From Chrysomallon squamiferum (lineage: Eukaryota > Animalia > Mollusca): DNA of 64,000 nucleotides. The stretch covers positions 10,168,001-10,232,000 of the forward strand of contig CM022679.1 in NCBI GenBank assembly GCA_012295275.1, read 5' to 3'. The position numbers and the translations under genes are program-made. This document shows positions 54,317 through 64,000 of this stretch, piece by piece; within the stretch, counting starts at the first letter, position 1, and the number at the start of each line of letters is the position of its first letter. The notes beneath the pieces are model-generated. The model searched no databases. It worked only from the letters and a program-made list of their open reading frames with translations, and was not told where the DNA came from.

Positions 54317-56358
54317 CTAGCAAATAACACAGAAAACTTGATAAATATTATTTTATGAAGTAAAAGATTTTTAAAAAATAAAAAATTTTGATTAAAGCAT
54401 ATGTAAAATAAGAAGTTATGTTATCCATCAGAAAGTAAGAAGCTATGTTTTATTAATGTACAGAATATTTGTGAGTGATAAAAAAAGTTTTAAAAATTCA
54501 ATCACTGTTTTTATTGAATTATATTCTTTAGCTTCCTTATAAATATTATAAAAATTATTAAAATTATTTTTGACATTTTTATTAAAGTATTTTCTAAAGC
54601 CTCTTAGCAAATAATACATGAAAGTTGATAAACAATATATAGTTACTTAAATATTGAAAACAATTTATTAAACTATTTCCTAAGTTCTCCTAGCAAATAG
54701 TAATAAAAACTTCATAAATCATGTAAAGAAAAAGAATTTAAAATTACTTAAAATGTTATTAAAGCACAAGAGATGAAATTAATTTTATAACTGCAAGTTT
54801 CTACAATCAAAATAAGAATAAATAAAAGAAATTTTTCTAAAATTTAATATAATAACTATAATTAACTTTCAAATAAATATCCACCCTGATATAAATATAT
54901 AACTTGATAATAACAACTATTTTTTTTTAAATTAAAAATCTTTTTATAAATAAAACAATGAATATAGTTTCATTTATAATTTCAGTCCAAATATAAATAA
55001 ATATTTTAATTATTATTATTAATAAAAAGTTTCTATATGAATATGGTTACAGTTATGTAAATATAATTTTATTCAAATATTTATCATTTTTATTCAATTC
55101 TGTATGCAGCTGAGATCTCACTGGTTTCTGTTAATAATGCAATATGTAATTCAGATCTTGCAGCAAAATGTTTGATTCTGAATACCTTTTGTTTCAAATA
55201 TTAGCAAATTTATTTTTGATATATATATATATATTTTTTTTAGTTTGATTTTTGTTTGTTTGTCTGTTGTTTGACAATCTATGTTCATATCAACCACTTC
55301 TACAATTTTGTGGAAAGCTCCAGATGTTTTGGGTTAGATTTCTAACTAAAGGATGTGGATTCTAATAAACTACTTATACAATGCTTAAGGAGGACTGAGA
55401 GAGTTCCTTTATTTAATATAATGTAGTAGCATAATTGAGGTGTGAAGTCATCTTCATTTCATTTGGTTAATTCCATCAATTTGTTCAGCAAGTCCTTTAA
55501 CACTGACAGATCAATGACAGAACATTAGTCAGAATGTTCCTGCAAGTTTAATGGCTTCTGTTTGTACTCTTGATCAGTGATGATAACTATCACAGATTTC
55601 AAACATTTTGTTGTTGTATCTGGACTTTTCTTAACTGGTAATTTTTTGTCTCAAGTTTTACTGACACAGCCATGGCAACCTCTACTTCAAAGAGACTGTT
55701 ATGTTTTCACTGGACACAAAAATCATTTTATTTATTTTTTGTTGCAGAATCTTTGTAAACCACTTTCTGATGGTTACCTTTGATATATCAAGACAACAAC
55801 AAGCCTCTCATAGCATCCTTTACTTGAACATTTGACTAAAATAAAGTCTTCTGTACCCCTTATGCAAAGATGCACCTTATGTGGCTTTCTGGTATAAATG
55901 GCTGGACAATAGTAAAATATTTATTCTTCTTCTAAGCTATAAGAAAAATCCCTTCTTGTATTTTAGACTTTTCATGGAAATCAAAACCATTATAACAATG
56001 AGTCCAGTGCTGACTGTTATTCAATACCAGAAACAGCTCTGCTTTTTCTGTTATATTCATTTTTGACTGGAATTACCATGAAGCCCACACAGAGCAATCA
56101 TTATGCACCTTCCTTCTTGTCCACTAGATTTCTTAAAGATGTCTCCAGCAGCAGTACTAATATGAAGCGTAAACATCAGTGTTAATCCATCAACTTCATC
56201 AACGTACATTTACCAGTAAGACAAGTACAGTCAGACATCACCCTACTTAGAAGAGGTCAAGGAATATGAATGAAATCATTCAGCAGCAATGGGAACCTAA
56301 TTTCTATCTAAAGGAAATGCTGGAATGTAAGGAATTTCACAGAAGAATGGTTTTGTAC

Positions 56359-56478
56359 CTTCTGCTCATCTTCCACATTGTCTTTACTATTACCATCGAC
56401 AGAGTCATCAGCCTTCTTTAACTCTTCATCCTCCTCAACAGGGGCTGGGTCAAAATCATCATATTGGCGATGAGCCTC
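56359..56478 (-). CDS. Cav3 (CACNA1G/H/I): Candidate Cav3 C-tail cassette exon (possibly alternative or vestigial)
   Basis: 120 nt, phase 0/0, ttgcag|GAG...AAG|gtacaa. EAHRQYDDFDPAPVEEDEELKKADDSVDGNSKDNVEDEQK. The donor is weak. Confidence 0.55.
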
Positions 56479-56828
56479 CTGCAAGTTCAAATACATCAGA
56501 ACTTTTTTATTTTTTTTCACAAGTTTCAATCAACAGAAGAGGACATCGGTTAGAATCTGAATGATAACTACTACAAAGCACTTGTGTGGCATGTTGTCTG
56601 GTAGTAATAATAACAATAAAAAAATAAAAAATGAAATTAAAAACCCCATTCCGACATACATAAAACTGTATTCAAAGACACAGTTGTAACTGTGAACAAG
56701 ACAAAAGTCTCAAGGACTTTTCAACAAAGCCATGACATCAACTGAGACAAACAAAACAGAAAACCTTCTCAGCTGGCAACATAATAAAACACGAATTCCT
56801 ATATATGTGTGCTGTTTAAATTATCCAG

Positions 56829-56881
<53 letters not shown>

Positions 56882-58969
56882 TATTAATGTCATCATCATC
56901 ATCATCATTATTTATTTATTTATTTGTATTAAATATGTCTGTATTATTGAAGCTTCAAAAATTTTGTTTTTTTAGAGTTTTCATTATAGTCAAAGTTAAC
57001 GGATCATTCTGATGTTGGAACCTTGTATTTCTATGGGCACATTTATTTAGTAAATTACAAAATAGTATTATTATATAATATTATTATTATTATTATTTTT
57101 TTAAATTAGAAGCTTCTGATGTATGCACATTACAAATATTATAAGTAGCTTAAAACAAATGTGAAAATTTATAAGAATTATTGCAGTGAATTCTGTGAAT
57201 GATGCATGAAAAGCTTGCTAGAGAGAAATTTTCAAAAGTTAAAAACTACAATTTTGTAGTTTCTGAGTGAAATAATAATTTTTCAAAACAGTGTGTGAAG
57301 AGAAAAGTTTTAAACAAATAATATATTATCCATACTATACTTAATTAAAATATGCTAGACACTAAAACAGTCTTCATTTAAGAAGTTTAATTACAAAATA
57401 AGACATTTTAATTACTGAGTTTATATTAAGATATTTAACATTTTCAAAAAATATGTATGATTATTATTATTATTATTTATGATTATTATTATTATTATTA
57501 TTAACTTTAAGATAATTAACACAATCCATTTCCCTCCCACAACTATATTAAAAATAATTACATACAAATAGGGTTAATAACACAGCACAGTACAACTAAA
57601 AACACCACCAACACACCACACTAGTACATATCAGAACAATATATATATATATATTTTGTTAAATTACTGGGGGTAAAAAACATGATGCACAAATAATCAG
57701 CAAACATTCCAATCTGTAATCGTGATTCAAGTTATATTAACATATCTTTATCATAATTATCTCACTCTATAATAATATATTTAAATCACTATAAATTCTA
57801 AAAGAAAATATTGATAAATATTTAAAAGTTTTTCTTTTTCTTGGTGCTGTTTTATAATCATTTTTCTTAAGATATGATTAACCAGTGATTAAAAAAGGTT
57901 TGCACAATTTTTTTTAAAATCTCATATTTTATACAGTGCAAAGCCTGAATCTGAATATATAATTAAAATTATATTTAGAGAACAAATAAATGATAGTAAT
58001 AAAATTCTTAAAAAAAAACAAAAACATTTGTAACTTTTCTTTATTTAATTGTGAATAAAACAAAATATCTTTCAAAATATTTAGAATATTTAAAAAATTA
58101 AGATATCAAATATTTTAATCATATTTGGCAGTTTTTAGTATCAGCAGACAAAGCACTGTATAAATAAATAAAAAACAATGCATGCTGTTTTTAGTAATGT
58201 TGAAGGTTTTTGTTAATGTTGTTAGTATAAATAAGAATTTGCAGTACTTGTGTTGTAAGAAAAGACACATCTCAATCAGAACTAATGACATGTAACCCAT
58301 TCATCTGATTATCTTAATTTTAATTATCTTCAAATAATAATAAAATATTTTAATGGTTGGAATTATCTTGAATTTCATATGAAAAGTTATACAACATGTG
58401 AAACATAATTAAATATTTCACAGGGGGTAAGGAAAATACAATTATGGACAATATAAATGACACTTTTTACAACTCACCAAACAAAACAAAACTTTCATTA
58501 AACAATTCCAATATCATTTAATGATTGGGTAAATTTCACAAATAAAGGGAATTGAAAGAACTGGTACATTTGATCATATTATTATTATTATTATGTTTAA
58601 TAAGTTAATATTAATTCTGAATTATTCTATTTGACAAAATAATATTTTTTTTTTATATAAATTCACTTTTCTTTTCAAAACGATTTTCATAATTGAATAC
58701 ATTTTCTCATATTGATATATATTTAATAGTTTTATTTTGATCTAATACTTAAAAAAAATAATTAATTTCTAATTTTGTTTTAATATTTTTAAGCCTATGA
58801 GTACTTTTTCTTGATTTATTTTGTGTTTTTCAAATTAGAAATTTTCCTTTACCTTTTACATTACACACATGCAGACTATCTGTTGCTTTTTATTTTCATT
58901 TCAATTTTAAAAATTTTAAAAATTTATATATTTTATGTCTTCCTTTCATCAATAGTTTCTGTTTGTGTA

Positions 58970-58974
<5 letters not shown>

Positions 58975-59056
<82 letters not shown>
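58975..59056. repeat. (CT)n microsatellite
   Basis: Seen directly. Confidence 0.95.
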
Positions 59057-59063
<7 letters not shown>

Positions 59064-59313
59064 AATTGTTATTTAAGAACTATTTTGTTATAACTGTATT
59101 ATATATCTTATATATCATCTCTCTCTCTCTCTCTCTCTCTGTCTGTCTTTCTCTCTATATATATATATATATATATATAATCTCTGTTTATCTTTCTGAA
59201 TTTTTTTTTTTAACTTCTTTCTTTTCAATTCCCTTTATATTTTATACCAAAATTTCTCTTTTAACAAATACAAACACCAAACGTTTCATCCCACTGTCTC
59301 TCTCTGGCTTTAC

Positions 59314-59418
59314 CTCCATTTCTATCATTTCTGCCTGTTTTTCGAGTTTTATTTGAGCCAATTCCAACCTCAGTTCTTCTTCTACCTCGTCATCCAGTTC
59401 TTTGTACTTGTATGTTTC
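59314..59418 (-). CDS. Cav3 (CACNA1G/H/I): Cav3 proximal C-terminal exon (acidic helix after IVS6)
   Basis: 105 nt, ttgcag|GAA...GAG|gtaaag. ETYKYKELDDEVEEELRLELAQIKLEKQAEMIEME, similar to Cav3 [22 protein letters not shown]. An alternative in-frame end is possible at 59278. Confidence 0.8.
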
Positions 59419-59621
59419 CTGCAAGGTATGTCATGCATTATCACACCATGCAGTAAGTTTAAGAAAATTTGGTTAAAAATCACACACGTGTTGTCATGGA
59501 AACAGGTAAAAAAAAAAAAAAAATGTATTATGGTGTGGGAAAAAGAAATTACAAGTTACAAAATTTTGTGTTACATATTTGTTTATGATAATTATATTTT
59601 ATTTTTTTATTTTATTTTGTT

Positions 59622-59676
<55 letters not shown>

Positions 59677-61438
59677 TTTTATCTATTTATTTTAATTTTG
59701 TACTTATGGTATTTTTAAATTGTATTAATAAATAATTATATTTTTAATATTTATTAATATTTCAGACATAAAATGGTTATGTTTTACAAAATTCACAAAT
59801 CCATAATGTTATATAAGTCAAAAATGTATAAATATATAAAAATAAAATAGAATTTTTTTTTTATAGCATTAATTTACATTAATTTAAATCATGAAATGAA
59901 AAATATAACATGTATTTTCTTCTTATTTCCCAAACAACAACAAAAAAAAATTAATTCCTTTAGAATATATTTGTAATTTGTTTTTTTGTTTGTTTGTTCC
60001 ATGACAACACTTTGCAGGTTAAAAATTAAAGTTAGAAATTTGCAAGTTAAAAAAATCATTTCGAGGAAAGAAAATTAATGCAATGGTTAATTGAACTACT
60101 CACTCCAAAACATGCAATTTGTGAAATAAAATATAAAATTTTTTTAAGAAAAAATTAAAATAAAATGAATTTATTAACTACAATCATGTAGAACAAAAAT
60201 CCCTTTGTCACATCCAAAGTTATTTTAATTTGAAAAAAGAAAACAAAATTTAAATTTATCAAATTGTATAATATGTACCAATATTCTTTCTCTGAAAAAA
60301 CAAAATACAATGATAAAGAAAATGCACAAAATTAATTTATCAAAGTGAATTTTATATGTTATCTGAGAAGCATTTTTAAAATACTTTTTACAGTTTTTCT
60401 CCTATCTCTCAAAACCAACAAAAGACAAAATGAAATCTTTAAATCTGAAATGGCCCATAAAAAATATCTTTCCTTGAAAGTTAAATGATGAAAGCATGAT
60501 ATTATAATATATGAAATAATGTGTAAAGATAGAATGTAGTATATTCTGAAAGTAACCAACAAGGTGTTAGTAAAACCTGTTATTAAACATCAGCATGGAA
60601 ATTTAAAAAAAATAAATAAAAAATTATGAGATAAGTAAGTGATAATTAATTCAACAGCTGTATTTAAACATAAACATAAATTGTAATAATTTTTAAAAAG
60701 TATATGTAAAACTTTAGATCTAGAGATTAATCTGCTGCTTTTTTAAAATTTGAAATGTGAAATATCAATATACTATGCACTGCATTTTTTTCATATAAAA
60801 TAAAGAATAAATTATTCTGTTAACACGACAAATTAAAATTACATTATTTGTTTCTAGTTACAAAGTTATATCTTACATTAAATAGGTTAATCTAGCACAG
60901 AACTTTTTAATTAAGTGTTTAAAAAAAAGTTGTAAGAAATGGTGACAGCATGTGATAAAGTGATAATTTCGATCAAACTTTAGAATCTAAAATCAGAAAT
61001 TGCCTGGTTTAATCTAATTTCTGAGAGTTAAATTTTAACACCTGGCCCACATTTTATATATTTATTAATGTTTTTTTAAATCTTTTTCATTTTCTACTAA
61101 TATTTTTTCTTTACTTACTATTTAATTCCAAATACTTCATACAATATTAAGAATCCTTTTAATAACACCTAAAATTTTTTTACTAAAATGATTCCTTTTA
61201 TATGAAATATTTATTTTAAAATTTAAATTTATGAGTCGATGAAGAAGCTTGGTTAATTCTGGAACATGATGCACGGCATTCAATTGTTAAATTTTAATTT
61301 AAAAAAAAAATATTTTAAAAATATTTTTGAAACCAAGCAATATTTAACATCTGCAAACAAAATGCAATGATGGTTAGTCATACATACGTCTGTCATACAT
61401 ACACACACAAAACAGAGCGAAGATGTTCAATGTCTTAC

Positions 61439-61716
61439 CTCAAGATGTTTCATCAACACTGCCACCACAACGTTGACGAGCACAAACTGCGCCATCAGGA
61501 CAAAGACGACGAAGTAGACAGGGGCGATGATGGGGCTGACACAGCAGTTGCGCAGACATTTCTCAGAGCTGTCGCAGTTCTCTCTCAGCGTGTCCTTCAT
61601 GATTCCGTTCCAGTTGTCTCCCGTGGCAACGCGGAACAGAGTGAGGAATGCCATGCCGAAGTTGCGGAAGTGAGCGTGCTCCCCGAGACCTTCACAAGGG
61701 TTTTGTTCTGAACATT
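61439..61716 (-). CDS. Cav3 (CACNA1G/H/I): Cav3 exon: domain IV turret, pore loop and S6
   Basis: 278 nt. [44 protein letters not shown]...[23 protein letters not shown] supplies the domain IV Asp of the T-type EEDD filter. Confidence 0.97.
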
Positions 61717-61994
61717 CTGTGTGGGGCAGAATTTAAAAAAAATAATAATAAAGATGTTTTTAAAATTTGATTTTTTGAAAATTTTTTTATTTTGGGGATA
61801 TTTTGAAAAATAAATAAAAATAAAAATTAAAAAAATTAAAAAAAAAGAAAATTAAATAAATTATTAATTTAAAAGTTGTATCCTGTTTCTTTTTTAATCA
61901 ATAATTTAAAGAATTCTTATCAAAAATTATTATTTATTTAAGAATATTTAAAACAAAAGAATTATACTTTCATGAAGATGAACCAAAAAGACAG

Positions 61995-62036
<42 letters not shown>

Positions 62037-62089
62037 CTTGAAGTATAACGTGCATACTAACTTACTAAAACTTTACACAGGAATCTTAC

Positions 62090-62239
62090 CCAGTCTTCCA
62101 AAGAGCTCCACTCCAAGGGCAGCAAATATAAAAAAGAGAAGAAAGAAGAGCAAGCCAAGGTTTCCCACCTGGGGCAAGGCTTGTATCACAGTGTCAAGCA
62201 AGGCACGAATACCCTTGGCCATCTTCAGTAGCTTCAGAA
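62090..62239 (-). CDS. Cav3 (CACNA1G/H/I): Cav3 exon: end of IVS4, S4-S5 linker and IVS5
   Basis: 150 nt, phase 1/1. (V)[49 protein letters not shown]. Confidence 0.97.
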
Positions 62240-62843
62240 CTAAACAAGAAAAACAGCAGTTTTTCATTTGCCAGTTTCATCATAATGTAAGGTGACGTGA
62301 TATAACGTAATTTAACATATGTCTGTTTATCTGCATGAAAATTATATTTATCTGAGTGTGTGTGTTTAAGTGTAGCATAAGAGTTGTGTCCAGTAGGTTT
62401 GTTCATCTGTGTATGTGATATGAGAAAATTGTTAACTTGGTCTCTTTTACTCTGTTTATGTCTGATAGCAGGTCTGCTGGTCTATTTATGAGATAATATA
62501 ACTAATGAATTGGTATTTTTTTAATTTTTTTATTTATAACTAATAGCATTTCAGTTGGTCTGTTTGTCTGTGTGTGTGATATAACAATGTAGGTGTGTGT
62601 CAGTAGGTGTGAATGCATGTGCATTTTTTTTCTGAATGCTTTTGATGCCGTTTCTGTCAAGTTTGTCTGTGTGTGTGTGTGTGTGTGTGCCTGCACAAAT
62701 GTGTGTCTGAATGCATGTGCATGCAGGTGTGTGTTTGAATGCATGTGTGTGTTTGAATGCATGTGCATGCAGTTCTGAATGCATGTGCATGCAGATGTGT
62801 GTCTGTCTGATGCTGACCTCGCATGCTAGGTGTGTGTCTGAAC

Positions 62844-62974
62844 CTCGAGCTATGCGCAGGACTCTCATCACTCGGATGATGGTGGGGTTGATGGGGATGA
62901 CGTTGGTTTCCATCTCCTCCAGAATGATTCCAGCTATCGACAGAATCACTATCAGAATATCCAGCTGGTTCCAT
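62844..62974 (-). CDS. Cav3 (CACNA1G/H/I): Cav3 exon: IVS3 and IVS4 voltage sensor
   Basis: 131 nt. [43 protein letters not shown]; PINPTIIR is the Cav3 signature. Donor G|gttcag. Confidence 0.96.
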
Positions 62975-62986
62975 CTGCACAAACAG

Positions 62987-63218
62987 TAATAATAATAACA
63001 ATAACAATAATAATAATAATAATAACAATAATAACAATAATCAACAATAATAATAATAATAATAACAATATCAACAACGATACTAATAATTATAATAACA
63101 ATAACACTGATAATAATAATAACAATAATAACAATAATAATAACAACAATAATAACAATATCAACAATGATACTAATAATTATAATAACAATAACACTGA
63201 TAGTAATAATAATAATAA
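62987..63218. repeat. (AAT/AAC)n low-complexity tract with a ~90-bp internal duplication
   Basis: AATAACAATATCAACAA(C/T)GATACTAATAATTATAATAACAATAACACTGATA at 63061 and 63151. Confidence 0.88.
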
Positions 63219-63399
63219 ATGTAGTATGGTAATAACAGTAATAGCAGTATTTATAATGATGATAATTATAATAGTAATAAAGGTTGTAGTATTAAAAAAT
63301 TTGATGTTGATGATGAAGTCACCAAACTGAGCTTATGTCAAAGTATATTTATATAAATTAAATAAATAAATAAATAAATATTCTATTGTTTTCACTTAC

Positions 63400-63509
63400 C
63401 TGTCTTTTATGTATCTGAGAAAACTGAGAGCAACAATTTTCATAGCTGCCTCAAGGATAAAAACACTTGTAAAAAAGTAGTTGAAGATTTTTAGGGCAAA
63501 TTTCAGTTC
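63400..63509 (-). CDS. Cav3 (CACNA1G/H/I): Cav3 exon: IVS2
   Basis: 110 nt, poly-U tag|GAA...AG|gtaagt. ELKFALKIFNYFFTSVFILEAAMKIVALSFLRYIKD(R). Confidence 0.96.
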
Positions 63510-63909
63510 CTAAAAAAAAAAAAAAAAAAAGAATAAAAGAGATGATGATGATGATGATAATGATGACAACAATAATAACAATATTAGTAAGCAAATAAAT
63601 AACAATATAAAAAAAATTAATAATAAATCAATTAAAATAGTAATATAAGTAAATAAATGTTTATTTATTTATATTACATATTAACAATGAATGCATTTTA
63701 AAGAAATTAATGAAATAAATAAATAAATGGACATAAAAAATTCCAACAGTAATCACTAATTTCTCAAATACTACAAAATCCATGAGAACTAAAATTTTCA
63801 TTTTCATTTAATTTCCAGTTCTAAACCTATTAATTACAAAAATCCTAAAAACAAAGATTTACAGAATATTACTCACTAACTCACAATCTGTCTGCATTTC
63901 AGTTCTTAC

Positions 63910-64000
63910 CTTGGGCATCATGTAGTACTCCATTGCCATGGTGATGACATTCAGCCCAATGACGCCAGCTATGGCAAGGTCGAAGTATTTGCTGTTGATG
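63910..64000 (-). CDS. Cav3 (CACNA1G/H/I): Cav3 exon: IVS1 (truncated by the window edge)
   Basis: INSKYFDLAIAGVIGLNVITMAMEYYMMPK|gtaaga. Confidence 0.95.

Overview
AT-rich, microsatellite-dense animal genomic DNA (invertebrate, probably molluscan/gastropod; inferred, not proven). It is not prokaryotic: no operons, CRISPR arrays, rRNA or tRNA are visible, and nearly all ORF-track entries are microsatellite artefacts. Two spliced genes lie in tandem on the minus strand. (1) The 3' part of a T-type voltage-gated Ca2+ channel alpha1 subunit (Cav3): domain IV S1-S6 exons at 64000-61439, three short acidic C-tail exons, and a long terminal exon 53777-52483 ending ...HQEYV*. (2) About 9.6 kb further on, the first three coding exons of a Caskin scaffold gene (42904-42805, 17686-17635, 576-479), with ~25 kb and ~17 kb introns and a CpG/NRF1/CCAAT promoter near 43.2 kb. 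All modelled junctions are GT-AG and phase-compatible. The most notable observations are a probable decayed duplicate of the Cav3 C-terminal exons inside an intron, with alternative C-tail splicing routes; tandem copies of real splice junctions beside exons in both genes; a claudin-like PDZ ligand at the Cav3 C-terminus; Cav3-Caskin adjacency; and tiny TTAA-flanked MITEs. No clearly new biological system can be established from sequence alone.
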